A stretch of DNA of 64,000 nucleotides. Origin: Octopus vulgaris. Taxonomy: Eukaryota. The notes below the pieces were generated by a model that was not told the origin of the DNA, made no database searches, and saw nothing but the letters and a program-made list of their open reading frames with translations. Location: the NCBI GenBank assembly GCA_951406725.2, contig OX597827.1:74090001-74154000 (forward strand). Reading direction: 5' to 3'. Made by a program: the position numbers and the translations under genes. This document shows positions 16,185 to 30,509 of this stretch, one piece after another. How positions within the stretch are numbered: position 1 is the stretch's first letter; every line of letters starts with the position of its first letter.

Positions 16185-16222
16185 CATACATACATACATA
16201 CATACATACATACATACATACA
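14925..16222 (+). repeat. Long imperfect (TACA)n satellite; counterpart 29480-30509
   Basis: ~1.3 kb of TACA/TGCA variants with recurring marker cgtgcatgcatgcacgctcgcacac. Confidence 0.97.
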
Positions 16223-17580
16223 TCTGCAGTGCCAGTATTCATGCCATCATTTGGGCTGCTTGAATGGACGCTTGATAAGATCCGAGTCATTGATGTGAAA
16301 ACCCGAAGAATACTAACAAGTACACATGATTTCCACATAAACAGTGCCGTGCACAACCCCTAACCGAATCGAAAACAAAGTGGCAGTGGCTTAACATCGA
16401 TCCAAAATGCCTTTGATTATTTCATCAAATCCCTTCGACAAAATCTTTTAACCACCAAGTGTCGAAGTGCATCCCTTGATCATGTTTGCATACATGAGGC
16501 TAACAATATCGTAAGACATGGGAGGCACCTTCTAGAACAACACTCTTTATCTGATAACCTAGAGTACATGCGCGAAATAAGTAGCACGACACTAGGGCAA
16601 CGTCATCAGATGAAAGGATGAGCCTAGATAAGCAGAAGGCTGTAGAACGCTCCGAGATGATAGTAACATCGATCATCAAAGCGGTTTATCATGGACCAAT
16701 AGCCGGATTACTATCGTCCACTTTGAAGGGTATGCACTTGCAATCCAGGAACAGGATGCACAAAAGGATTAGGGATACAGGAAAATTCAGTAAGATGTGA
16801 CAACCGATGCAGACTTTGTAGTGTTAACACCGAAGATATCACCCACATCATTAGCAGTTGTCCGAAAATGTTATCAGTCGATGAGACATTATGTTGTAGT
16901 TAGGACACTCTATAATGAAATCCGTCAGAAGGACATCCTCGAGGACAAGGAATTAAGAACCCAAAGTATGATAGAAGGCATAGCCACCTATAATTAGGTG
17001 GAATATCCCAGTTAAGACCTCAATAAAATGCTATCACAACAGACCTGATATAATGATTTGGGATGTTGAAGAGAATCTATGCACAGTTGTGGAAATTGCT
17101 AATTTCCAGCGCATGTTAACATGAAGATGAAGATCAGTGAAAATGAGAACACCTACGCTGAACTACCGAGAAATCTGAAGTTATTCTATCCAGGTTACAA
17201 GTTCAGGTTTATACCTGTAATTATTGGGGCCCTGTGATATGTAACACACTGCCTAACTAACAATCTTGAGAAGTATGGCTTCCCAAAACCAGAAAGGAGA
17301 AAGCTAATTCGAAGACTACAGATCCATCCACCACTGGGACTGTAAGAATCTATAAAACTTCCCAGAAGTTTTGCATTTAGATATATATGAGCATGTCTAG
17401 ATATGCAAATATACGCATAAGAATACATACATAAAACAAAACATATAAATCTGCACATATGCATACATGCAAACACAAATACCCTGTTGATGATGTTGAA
17501 ATCCCAATGGAGAAGCATTGAATCTAGGTTAGAAACCGGCGCAATCTCTATTGGCAAGAAACCCTGAAATAAAACAGATG
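16223..17580 (+). mobile_element. 5'-truncated R4/Dong-type (RLE) LINE, decayed (duplicate 32424-33810)
   Basis: AVPVFMPSFGLLEWT...DVKTRRILT; CRLC...ITHIISSC knuckle; NRPDIMIWD restriction-like endonuclease; VIIGAL; 3' UTR. Confidence 0.8.
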
Positions 17581-17779
17581 TATGCATACATATATACCAA
17601 CAAATAAAAATGCCCTCCTGCTGATGTTGAAATTCCAGTGACGGTGCGTTAGATCTATGTTAGAAACTGGCTCTTTCTCTATTGGCAAGAAATCTTGCAC
17701 GCATGCGCACACAAAGAGAAGCTAATCATCTAAGAACCAAGAACACAATTAATAATCACTTTCATATGTAAAAAATTGT

Positions 17780-18580
17780 CAAAATCGTAAAAGGTAATCT
17801 CGTTTCTGCAACGTATATTGTCCTCGTAATAAGACAACATTCCTGTCGTGAAAAACCTAGACGAGTAGCCGCCCCTGGATTACTTCGTCTTACCCTGTAC
17901 CATTTACTACATAATAACATGCTTTTGTATTAAGTCGAAGTACTCATCACTTATTAATGTCTCCATTGATGTAAAGACTGTATAAAACTAGCTTAAAGTA
18001 AGCGAACCGTTGCCGATGACAACACTACGCATGCGCATTCCTCAATCTTAATATCGTCTGCTACAAAGTCCGACGAGACAAAACAGATCAACATATGCAC
18101 TCCACAGCTGACACTGAAAATTAATTCAGTGATTCCTTCGAAAATTACACAGTTCAGTAATATTTAATATTATAGCGTTATCTTTTTATTGGTAATTCTA
18201 CGGAAAATAGAAAGACTGACAAAATATTTTCTGCCGTTCTTACTACAGACATGGTAAGTAGAAACGTTACAATTATAAATTGAATCCAGAGTAAACCAGG
18301 TTACGTCGATTTTAATGTCCTTCAATTTGTGATGAATGTTGCTGAAGAAATAGAATTCTGAGAAAGAGAAACTGCTTTTATTCACTCTATTGATTTGCCT
18401 CATTAATATGGAGCATCATTGCTATAATAAATGAAATACAGAAACATCATAATAGAAATAGTTTATTTTCGAAAAGTTGGGTGAATATAAATTCATTGCA
18501 GACATCTCCATTCCTCTCTGTTGTCGTAGCTGATATGTTGAACGAAGAAATAATTTTACTCTTTGTCTCTGTAAATCTGG
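17780..18580 (+). repeat. Multi-copy unit 'C', older diverged copy (duplicated at 34008-34808)
   Basis: Shares gacgagtagccgccc, gcttaaagtaagcgaaccgttg, acgcatgcg, ggtaagta, ttcattgcag and cgtagctgatatg blocks in the same order. Confidence 0.85.
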
Positions 18581-19299
18581 TATTGCCAATGTACAATGAA
18601 TATAAGAACTCAGTAGCTCAAATACGTACACGCACATACATTCACACACACGCACATATATAACGCATGTATAACGCTGTAACTAAAAAGTATGTGGGTC
18701 TTACAGAGAGAAATTTCAAGGCAAGATTTCGTAATCACACAGCTTCACAGACTAGAATAAACGTGAGGCAACTAAACACAAGCACATGGTGGAGAAAAAT
18801 TGATAAACAAAATATTCCAAGACTAAGATTTGAAATAAGATGTCACTATTGTTAATATCATCTTTGGTTAAAAGATAAAATTGATGGTATAAACATTAGT
18901 AACATAGGTGGTTCGCAGGCAAAGAGCTATGTTTTTGGTGCTAAACAGAACCAGTACACAAACGGAATATAGCGTGACGGTCGAATTTTTACTAGGTAGT
19001 CCACAGTGAAAAGAGTCAAGGATTAAATTTCCAAAAGCCGAAACCCGGGTATGTGGATGTCCTAAACTCTATAATCTTTCATAGATGTGTTTTTGCCTCG
19101 CCTACTGTTATTTCTCTGTTATCTTGGTGCTTTACGGTGCTTTTAATTAAAACTTTAGCTCTTATTTCTAGCAGGTTGATTCTTTTCTGCATCCTTACGG
19201 TTCGTGCAAATTTGTAATTTGTAGCTAAATAATCGTATTGCTGTTACAGAAAACCAACGATTTCATCGCACGAATGAGATGGCTGACCTTCTTTTATGA

Positions 19300-21000
19300 T
19301 AACAAATCTAATATTGCATACTCCTCCAAAGATAAGGATTACCATTTCACTCGTTTGCCCCATAAAATCCGATCTGTGTGGCATTAGTAAATGCATAATA
19401 CTCTGGCTTATCACCTTTGAGCAACAGAATTAATCTTTCCCTTTGGAAAAGTAATCGTGATATCATTATGTGGTACCACTCTGTTCCTTACAAATCTAAT
19501 ACTCACTTCCCCCAGTTTGATATTTCGAGCTTTTACGCTTTCATATCTGTTATCCTTCTAAATAAGGCTCTAATGTTTGCGGGGAAACTTGCTTCTCTTT
19601 CTAAGTTTGACATTGACATTATTTTAGCAGCTGAAAAGCACGTTTGTTTTTATTTTTAATGAATACTGGTCACATACTACCACCATAAATCTCTTCGATA
19701 TCATCATAGATTCTTCAGACTCTGCTCGAGTCACGACCCTGGTATATCTCTTTCTTCTCTCATAAACAAATGAACATTTTTCACAAATACAGGGACGTCA
19801 GGATCGTCCACTGAGCGTATCCGTAAAGCCCTCGATAAACTCTTTAAAAACTTATTTGAACAAAGGAATAAAGTAACCACCTTCTGGGATCTGGCGCTTC
19901 ACTTAGATTCTAGTCTCTACTAGCCTTACCAGAAGAGTAATGACTCTTTAGACTACATCGGCGTTCTGTCTAATCATCCTAAATATGTCTGATATAACAT
20001 AAGGTATTTCTGTTAGGATTTCTAGGCTATCCGTCAATGAGGATTACTTACATTATCACACCCTGCACTATAAAAAGACTCTACGTAATAGCGTCTTCCT
20101 TGAGAGGTTCTCATATATCCCTAATACTGGACTGAAAACCAAACTAGAACTTTTATTTTATTCTAGATATATTAAGTTTCCTACCCAGACTAAGCCCTGC
20201 CTCTCTATGCACTAGCGCCTCTCAGCAAGCTTCCCTCGCTAATAATCACTCGGCTAGTTCTAAGGTGGATGCACTCCGATCACCCAACGCTGAACAGCTC
20301 AATACCAAACACGGCCCTAAGGTCCCCAGGAGTAGAAAACGTGAGACTTTATAGTTTGCATTCCAGTTTTCTTCTCAAGTTAAACAACGTAAACTCTAAA
20401 TTCCGACCCTAAAATAAGTATCATTCCATATTTAAGAAACCCACTATGAAAATGTCATATTCACAATCGTAAATTTGGGATCTATAATTGCCGATTCTAA
20501 TAGGAGCAAACTCGGCCGTCTAACTTCAGGTCCTGTGAACCACTCTTTTGGCTTTCACATTAACCGAGTTCATAGTAACACGGTTAACCGGGAAAATCCT
20601 ACCAACCCTAGCATTAGATCGGATAACAATGCTTCTGGAATTAATGACATTAAGACTTAAAACCACGGCGATATGAAAATGACAGATCTTCTCCTTAGCT
20701 CTTATACTACCATAGAGGATTTAAATCTACACTCGAATTACAATTATAACCTTTATACAATTTCGATACTATATAGCAATGCTTCTAATGTCGTGGTTTC
20801 TAATACTGATCTTCGAAGCAGTGTTCTTCCTAGCTTCAGTAGCAACGGCCCCGGAATAAATACTATCCAAGACAACCGTGTTCGATTAGGTCCAAGTATT
20901 GCCTATAATAATTTGCTCCAATTACCTTTCTCTGGTCATCAAACTCCCACCTCCATTTTTGCAGGACAATTGAAAATATGTCACTTTCGATTTTAATCAT
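19300..21000 (+). pseudogene. Heavily decayed Penelope-like element (duplicate ~35530-37230); GIY-YIG scrap at 18675-18780
   Basis: FPQFDISSFY...LLNKALMFA...DIDIILAA matches the Penelope RT at 23805; KKYVGLTERNFKARFRNH at 18688. Confidence 0.65.
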
Positions 21001-21129
21001 ATATAACATATTTCACCGAACAAAATTTGAACAGGGAGGATTTAAACATATAAATATAGAGATGAAAACATTGTATCGTATAAACAATTACACAAAACTT
21101 TGCACAGCATCAAATAGCGTCGTTCATTT

Positions 21130-21570
21130 GTTCGTGTAGGGCAGTTACAGGTGTTTTCTATTTGTTACATGTGACTTCTGTATTCCGAGGTTGCCAATTC
21201 AATGGTTCATCGTTCCCTGCCGAATATCATAGTCTGTTATCGGTGGGACTCTGGATTTAGAGGTCATTGTATCTAGTGTTGTGGAGAATGGATGGATCAC
21301 ATTAGTCAGCATTTTCGAAATTTCCAGTATCGTAACTGAGAAGCAAATCTATATCAGTGGAGAACCTTTCAGTAAAATTGGACGCTGTACGTCAAGCAAG
21401 ACAGCCCGCGGTGTGGCACGGTATGACGAAACCATGACGCAGGTATTCTTGCAGCGTCCGAACATTTATGACCTGTGGAGTTATGTCATAAAGCTGTTGT
21501 CACGTGTAGTATGAATCTGCTTATCTATTGAGTACCATGTGGCAAGAAGAAGCAATCACTGTGCATCACT
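21130..21570 (+). pseudogene. Decayed Tx1 3' (zf-RVT) fragment, with inverted homolog at 22250-22420
   Basis: ARYDETMTQVFLQRPNIYDLWSYVIKLLSRV resembles ARCKRDSETVLHAIVQCPKVTELWTYVEHLLSH of the Tx1 at 11150. Confidence 0.6.
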
Positions 21571-21613
21571 ACGCACACACACACACACACACACATACTC
21601 ACACACACACATA

Positions 21614-21681
<68 letters not shown>

Positions 21682-23283
21682 CTCTCTCTCTCTCTCTAAC
21701 ACACACACACACACACACACACACATTAGTTAATCAAAAAATAAAACGAAGAAGAAAACACAAGAAAAAAAAAAACAACGTATGGACGTGGTACATGCAA
21801 AGTATTAAAACACGCTCAGGGAAGGAAACAGAGGTTTAACGATTCGAAGTTACGTTTTCAAATGATCGGAAGGGATTGGATGAAGAAAAAGTTCTTTCTA
21901 AGACCAGAGAGTATACGAAGAAGTGTGTGTGTGGGTATGTGCGAGTGTGTGAGTGTGTGTATAAAGCCATAAATGTATGTGTGCGTGTGGTATTAACTGT
22001 TTATGTGTGTATGTGTGAGTGATCTTTGTGTCTGTTAATTCAGCAGCTGTGGTAACAGAAGTGGTGGTCATTTGTGTAGTTGTGTGTTTCTTCACATATG
22101 CGTAGATGGGATGGTCAGTGGCAGTCTGTATGTATATATGTGTGCGTGTATGTTTATGTTGTGTGTGTTTTGTGTGTGGTGTATGTGCGTGCGTGTGTGT
22201 ATATGCATGTGTTGCGTGTGCGCGCGTGCATGTGTCTACATGCATGCATGCTGATTGCTTCTTCTAGCCAGCAGATAAACGGATTCGTCCTACACGTGAC
22301 AACAGTATTACGACATAACTCCACATGTCATAAATGCTCGGATGCTGCAGGAATACGTTCTGTATGGTTCCATCACTCGTCACTCGGTTGCACCTCCCGC
22401 TGTCTTGCTTGATGTAGGTACCGGCTGAGTTGTAGTACTCAGCTGTTATCTGAGGGATACAGGTCTATGTCGCGTAGACGTCAGCTGGCAACTTTTTTCC
22501 GTCTTATGTGGGTAAAGTACCCTGTCTACCTGCTGTTTTTCACCGCTTAACTGTATTCCAAATGAGCCTTTTTGTCTGCAAAATATCAACACATTCGACG
22601 CTTCTAAAGTTTCTTTATAAAATGTTGTCGCATTCCAAAAGATATTATTCAGCGTTATAATTGTCAGTTATTGCTTAATGGTAGATTACTCAACCGATGT
22701 CTGACGGTTAGTATCCAATAAACGACTGCTGGCAAATGTTTTTTTCTCCGTTTTATAAGGGTAGAATACCCAATCTTTCTGATGTTTTCACGGTTAATCT
22801 ACGTTTGATACTTACTTCCTCTTCTCTAAAATACCAAACACATACGACTTTTCCAAACTTTGTGTATGATATGTATATATATATATATATATATATCAGT
22901 AAAATTTACTATTTTGTGGGCTTACCTATTGCAATACTATTTGTGTACGAATAGGTGTATCCATATATGTTTATCTTTTTATGTATTTATATGCATATCG
23001 GTGTATATATACATTTAAGTCTACAAAAAGTAAAATAGATGAACAAACACAAACAAACAGCAACGTGAGGACGTGGTACATGTAAAGTATTAGCAGACGC
23101 TCAGGGAAGGAAAGAAAGATGGTTTAACGTTTCCAACAACGTTCTTCTTCAGAAACAGAGGAAAGTCCAATAGAAAGGAAGACAGAGGAAGAAAGAAAAT
23201 CGCTAACGATTCACATGTAGTTATTTATATATATAAGTGTGTGTGTGAATGGGTCTGTACATCTGTATAATTATATACAACTG

Positions 23284-23381
<98 letters not shown>

Positions 23382-23444
23382 TTTACTATTATATATTGAT
23401 GTGTCTACGTTCGTATATCTATGTCTATGTATATCATCATCATC

Positions 23445-23800
23445 ATTATAATCTTTTAATATCCGTCTTCCAGTCTTGCATGGGTGAGACCGTTTGACAG
23501 GGGCCGGCCAGTTAGAATAATACATGAGGTTACTGTGTCTGTTTTGGCATGGTTTTCATGGTTGAATTGCTTTTCCCACACCATCCGCCCCACAGAATGG
23601 ACTTTTTTACGTAGCACCAGCACGAGGTCAGCACTGGCAAGGTTTTTACAACTGGATGACCTTTGAAATGCCAACCGCTTCACAGTGTGGAGTGGAGACT
23701 TTTTATATGTGTGTGCCTGTGTTTGCCCCGCACTACTGCTTGAGAACGGATGCTGGTTCGTTTAAGTCACCCTAATTGAGCTACTCGGCAAAAGATACAA
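23445..23800. mobile_element. SINE fragments (RTE-tail-type piece plus another SINE piece)
   Basis: (CAT)n tail followed by tccgtcttccagtcttgcatggg, typical of RTE-tail SINEs; related piece at 56190-56410. Confidence 0.5.
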
Positions 23801-23804
23801 TAGT

Positions 23805-25530
23805 ATGAGTACAAAGCTAAAAAAAGAGCGTGCCTTTATTACTATTAAAGATCACAAAGAAAACTTCCTTTCCAACCCTAAATGTAGGCTTATCAACCCA
23901 GCCAAGTCAAAACTTGGGATTATTAGTAAAGAAATTTTAGATATAATAAATGCGAAAATTAAGACCGATACTAGGCTAGTACAATGGTCCAATAGTATAG
24001 AAGTCGTAGACTGGTTTAAAGCCATTAAGAATAAGAAAAAAGCGAGGTTTACACAATTCGATATTGTTGATTTTTATGCCCTCATCTTCGCTAGCGACTT
24101 CATAGAAATTAGTACAAATGATAAGGACATAATCTTCCGTGCTAGAAAGACCTTACTTTTCAGTGAGAACGCAAAGTGGGTAAAAAACACCGACACAGAG
24201 GGCACTTTCGATGTGAGCATGGGTTCATATGATGGGGCAGGCATCTGCGATCTAATTGAACTTTTTCTCCTAGATACCTTAGGTAAGACATTCCCTGACG
24301 TACATTTCGTCATCTACAAAGATGATGCCCTCGCCTTAACAGCTAATACAAATGGACCAGCACAAGATCGTTTTAGGAAGGATATTATCCAGTTAATGAA
24401 ATACTTCGGACTTAGTATAACTATAGATACTAACCTGACGGTTGTCAATTTCTTAGACGTTTCCTTAGATCTTAATAAGAATATTTATAAGCCTTATAGG
24501 AAGCCCAATGATAGACTAAGTTATATTAATGTAGGTTCATGCCATCCCCCATGAAGATAGTGGTTTTAGCAAAAAAATAAAATATACACCCATTACTAGC
24601 CCAACAGTAAGGAAAAGGAATAATAGAAATAGGAAGGTCATCTGGTTTACGCCCCCTTACTCACCTGAGGTGGCCTTCAATATAGGTAAATATTTCCTGG
24701 CATTGATAGATAGACATTTTCCAGTTAACCATACTTATAGGAAACTCTTCAATAGACACAATTTAAAAATTAGCTTTAGTTCCACTATCAATTTTAAAAA
24801 CATAATCAAACATAACATACAAAAAACACAACAAGAAAACAGCTGTTCATGCAGGAATAAAGAATTGTGCCCGCTAAATGGAGCTTGCATGTCCAAGACC
24901 ATCATATATGAAGCTACCGTAAACTCTATAACCACTAAAGGCACCGTTCCGACGAAGAAATACGTGGGCCTTACAGAGGGTAACTTCAAGGCCAGGTTCA
25001 ATAACCACACTTTGAGCTTTAGGCACTGGAACAAAAGAAAAGCGACACAATTATCTAATCATATTTGGTCTTTAAGAGATAAAGGTGTCGATTATAACAT
25101 ACATTGGAAGATTTTGGCCAGATGTAAGCCCTATACCAACGGCAGCGGAAGGTGCGGTCTATGTATGTGACATGGAGAGATGGCTTATCTGGAAAAGCAG
25201 CTTAGACCCTACTACATGTCTAAACACAAGGACAGAACTTTTCGGGCATGCCCACGTGTGACTAAATTTCTGTTACGTTTTTGGTCCCCTAAAGAAAACA
25301 GATAGAACATGCTTTCTATGTTATGTCCCAAGAAGATTTTATATATTTTTATATAATTTTTATGGCGAAAAATGCGAGCGATGTATAAGTACGCAGGCAA
25401 GCAGAGTTATAACACAGTAATTTCCCTTTGTATAACGGTATTTTTTCATAGCGTTTTCAAATAGCCAGATAACCGAAGAGATGTCGTGGATTCCCACTTC
25501 GGCATCTGAAACTCAGAGTTTTATCTTGAC
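23805..25530 (+). mobile_element. Penelope-like element (RT + GIY-YIG), truncated and internally deleted
   Basis: RT motifs CRLINPAKS, QFDIVDFY, MGSYDGA, YKDD, FLDV, YRKP; GIY-YIG IIYEAT...YVGLTEGNFKARFNNH; C-terminal CGLC; hammerhead relic at the 3' end. Confidence 0.9.
25467..25526 (+). ncRNA. Degenerate hammerhead at Penelope 3' end (copy at 41677-41736)
   Basis: AGATAA CCGAAGA GATGTCG...CGGCATC T GAAA CTCAGAG TT TTATCT: stems I-III present, core CUGA mutated to CCGA. Confidence 0.55.
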
Positions 25531-26959
25531 TATTGAGTAATGTAACATATTATTGTATATATATGTGTGTGTGTGTTGTGTGTGTTTGTGTGTGTGTATG
25601 CATGTGTGTGTGTGCCTTAATTCTCCTCCCCTCTCAATCTAAACCCCTTCCATATCCTTCCCCATCCCACCCCACCCCATCCCTTAACCCACTCCCACAT
25701 ACCCCACCTCTACCCCCATCCTTGCTTTCCCCACTCTTGTTCTCCCCACCTCCCAGTACCATCACATCACACCACACACTACTACACCTTACACTACCAT
25801 ACCACACATCACCACTAAACACTTCCCAGACCACATTTTCACACCTACACATACGCACACGCAAACGTCAAGATCACCAGCCCTCGTCCACACACATATA
25901 CAAACTCTCTTATACCCACGCACGCGCACCTTCGTTTTGGGATCACCACTACTTAGTTATTATACGATGACTGTAATATCATAAGAGAAGCAATCACTCT
26001 TATTAGGTCGCATCACGCCCTGTCCTGTTTCTAGAAATGCATGCACCTCACAGTCAGAGTAGGCGGCGTTGCGAGCTTATTTTTATACATTTGTGTGTTT
26101 GTGTGTATGCTTGCGTGCGCGAAAGTGCGTGTGTCTATTGATATATTCGAGTTTTATGTCCGTCTGATTTGTGTGGATATAATGGCAACATCGTTTTTTT
26201 TGCTCTCTTTTCTATCTCTCTCTTCCCCGCTCACTCAATCCTCACACAGAGGTATACTCACATACAAGTTGTTCTCTTTATAATGTCTCCTCACTCTATC
26301 AACCCCTCCTCACGAATTGACCAATCAGATGAAGAGAAAATTGTGTTCGCTTTTCTCTTTGCGTTCTGTTTCCTTTCCTCTTTCTCTAATTGTCTTGGAT
26401 CCTGCATTTACCATTCTACCTCAATTTCTAGAATATATATTTCTTCCCTGATACTTCTCTTCAATCTTTGACATATTTTGTACTTTTTATCATAGCAAGT
26501 CTTCATATACGTAGCAGTGTACACTTTTAAAATTTCTTTAATCCACTTCTGAAAGGGGTGGGCAGGTCCCTCAAACTCCTGATTTTTCATTTCTTGAAAA
26601 TGTGCCGTGTATATGTGTGTGTGTGTATGTGTGTGCATGTACGTGTGTATATGCGTATTAATAGAGGTTACAAAAGTGACAGAGGATGCTGACTAGCATC
26701 ACTATTGATAGAAATACCAGTTAAAACAACTCAAGAGTCAGAAAATACTATCAAAATGACTGACGAAGGGAGATAAGCGTATATAGACGGATCGACAATT
26801 TCGGATTTTGGTGTAGACCATCTTAGCCCTCATCAGTGACACTTAACGCCTAGGATTAACCTTAACTACTTCTGTCAATTTTATATGAAAACTGTTGAAA
26901 ATGTGCTAATTTTCAAAAAAGTAAAAGTTCGGCGTTTTGAATTGTATTCGGTACTCTTT

Positions 26960-27652
26960 CTGCGAATCACCAATGATCGTTTTCTTGTTCGAATAGATAC
27001 TTGTAACGAAAAGTGGATCCTTTATGATAACTGTAAATGATCAGGTCAATGTTTTGATCGTGATGAATCCCCCAAACATTTCCCAAAGCCAAACTTGGAT
27101 CAGCAAAATATTATGGTGACTGTCTCGTGGTCTGCAATTGGTGTTGTCCATTACAGCTTTCTGGAAGCAAATCAAAGCATTACAGCAGAGATTTACAGTA
27201 ATCAACTCGCTGAAATGCATGCTCACTTGCAAAAAGTGAGACCTGCAATGGTGAATCGGCGTCGCCCAATTCTGCTCTGCGATAATGCAAAACCACATGT
27301 TGCAAGAATGACGCTGCAGAAACTCGCAGACTTGGGATACGAGACCTTACCATATCCTTCGTATTCTCCTGATCTTTCACCCACTGGCTACTATATTTTA
27401 AAGCATTTAAACATGTTTTTAAGTGATAAAACTTTCAGGTCCAAACCATAGGTGGAATCACCTTTCAAAGTTTTCTTAGCATCGAAGCCGATAAGTTTTT
27501 CTCATCGAGGCATAAACTATCTCGTTGATCGATAGCAGAGATGCATACATGTTCACAGCTCAAACTTTGGCCAATCAAAACATTTCTATTGTTAATTTTC
27601 CTAGAATAAAATTATTTTTCTGAAATCGGCCATTATTTTCGGAACAACCTAA
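26960..27652 (+). mobile_element. Mariner transposon 3' half with right TIR (duplicate 43175-43868)
   Basis: TCNEKWILYDN, LLCDNAKPH, YPSYSPDLSP motifs; TIR ...tattttcggaacaacctaa (reverse complement TTAGGTTG). Confidence 0.88.
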
Positions 27653-27844
27653 CGCACTCTGCCCACATAAAACCGTCTTTCTTTATTCCTTATTTTTTCC
27701 TTTATTTTCACTGTGTCTAATCCCACTAAAGAATTACCTTTTAATATAGGAAATTAGCCACTTGCCATACATATTTCAAATGTCTGAAAGACAATAGAAG
27801 TAAATGTCAATAACCTCTTCATTATAACGTCTCATCCACTCATT

Positions 27845-27880
<36 letters not shown>

Positions 27881-29379
27881 TTTTTCTCGACTATTTCCCG
27901 GAAAATACCACTCCACTTACAATAGCTAAGTCACTTTAGTTTTAAGATTATTACATATACACATTTTATCAATCGCCTAGTATTGTTGATAAAATCTGGG
28001 GAAAATTGAACTTCAACTTAAAGCTACATAACCCATTTAGATCGTAAAGCACATTTCTATTTCACCATCCTTCTATGCGTATATGTTTGCTATGTAAAAC
28101 TGTTTTCCTAAACGAAAGAAATTTTTTATTACAATATTATTGCAATATATACTGCTTATACAATGCTGTAAGGTAGATGAACGGAACAAATGTACATGTG
28201 GTGGGGTTTGCTGAGAATAATAGTGTTAGATGGTGAGAGAACAGGAGAGATTACTATTCCATTACTATTATCAGTCTTTCATCATTTGTTTTCTTGAATA
28301 ATTTGTTTTACCATTTGCGTTATTCTACTGTATAATGATGTTTCAAGACAAAAGACAAACATCGACTTTTATAGAAATAGATAATTTTATTATTTTGTAT
28401 GAGTGGACAGAGTTTATAATTATATCTTTATTGATACAGATTACAAAAAAGATTACACAATTATATTGCTTTTAACATATAGACAATGTTGGTCATTAAT
28501 GCTGATATTACGGAAGATTTCTTGTGAGTACCAAGCAAAATGTAGGTGACTGAATTAAGATATTATTGGCTATTTTTTTCATGATATAAACAACGATATT
28601 GACACCAACTTCATGTCTATGAATCGAGAAAGCAATGGTTGTAAATGAATGGAGAAGACATTAGCGATAAAGACAGAGCAACATTTGACGTGTATGATCT
28701 GAGAGAAAAATACTCAGCATATGACTTTTGAAGAACGCTTGGGATATGAATCTAATCGGAGAGAATACAAACTGTATATAAATGCGATAGATATCAAGGG
28801 TGTTTGGATAGAGAATACAACAATTTTATACGTATTGATATGATAGCTGTAATGTTTCAATAGTCAGGGCACCATGGTATATGAAATAGGAAGACACCAG
28901 TGGTCTTTGAACTGAAGGACACCGTTAACTGAAATGGCAGCAACAGTATATGAAAGAAGCCACCAACCGTATACGAATCGAGGCAAGTGATATGGTAAAT
29001 GAATTGAGATGATAGTGGTGGTATTGCAATTAAGAAGATAGCAGTTATAAACGAATTAGTTTCTTGTCTCTGTTTCGCAATAATTGAAGGTTACTGCCTG
29101 AATTTCTGTGTCATGCGTTATATGGTATTAATAAAAATTAAAAGCCCGAATATGTTGATTAAATATATTAAGTAAAAAAAAAGTAAGAATAAAGAAAATA
29201 GAAAAAACGTATTGAGAGATATAAAGAAGAAAATATTAAAAAATGGTGAGAAGAAAAGAGAGGCTGACTGTAAGAAATCAAATAAGTAAAAATATATGCT
29301 GTGAGATATAAATTCTTTTTAAAAATTGGGATAAGGGAAATAACTCAAAAGGGTAAATGACCCGAAGTTAAGCGACGAT

Positions 29380-29479
29380 NNNNNNNNNNNNNNNNNNNNN
29401 NNNNNNNNNNNNNNNNNNNNNNNNNNNNNNNNNNNNNNNNNNNNNNNNNNNNNNNNNNNNNNNNNNNNNNNNNNNNNNN
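29380..29479. other. Assembly gap (100 N)
   Basis: Run of N. Confidence 1.
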
Positions 29480-30179
29480 CATGCATACATACATACATAC
29501 ATACATACATACATACATACATACATACATACATACATACATACATACATACATACATGCATACATACATACATACATACATGCATACATAAATACATAC
29601 ATACATGCATACATACATACATACGTGCATGCATGCACGCTCGCACACACGCATACATACATACATACATACATACATACATACATACATACATACATAC
29701 ATACATACATACATACATACATACATACATACATACATACATACATACATACATACATACATACATACATACATACATACATGCATACATAAATACATAC
29801 ATACATACATACATACATACATACGTGCATGCATGCACGCTCGCACACACGCATACATACATACATACATACATACATACATACATGCATGCATACATAT
29901 ATACATACATACATACATACATACATACATACATGCATACATGCTTACATACATACATACATACATACATACATGCATGCATGCATGCATGCATGCATAC
30001 GTACATACATACATACATACATACATACATACATACATACATGCATGCATACATACATACATACATACATACATACATGCATACATGCATACATACATAC
30101 ATACATACATACATACATGCATACATGCATACATACATACATACATACATACATTACATACATTACATACATACATACA

Positions 30180-30210
<31 letters not shown>

Positions 30211-30509
30211 CATACATACATACATACATACATACATACATACATGCATGCATACATGCATACATACATACATACATACATACATACATACATACATGCA
30301 TGCATGCATACATACATACACACATACATACATACATACATACATACATACATACATACATACATACATACATACATACATACATACATACATACATACA
30401 TACATGCATGCATGCATACATACATACACACATACATACATACATACATACAGACATACATACATACATACATACATACATACATACATACATACATACA
30501 TACATACAT

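Larger units (their letters stand above)
16215..29379 (+). repeat. ~13.2 kb direct duplication, copy 1
   Basis: Colinear with 32415-45599 at an offset of ~16.2 kb, scattered SNPs and indels; ends exactly at the gap. Confidence 0.97.

Noticed and set aside
25620-25760. C-rich tract with G-quadruplex potential on the minus strand
   Set aside because: Degenerate low-complexity sequence that differs between the two block copies; no functional context.
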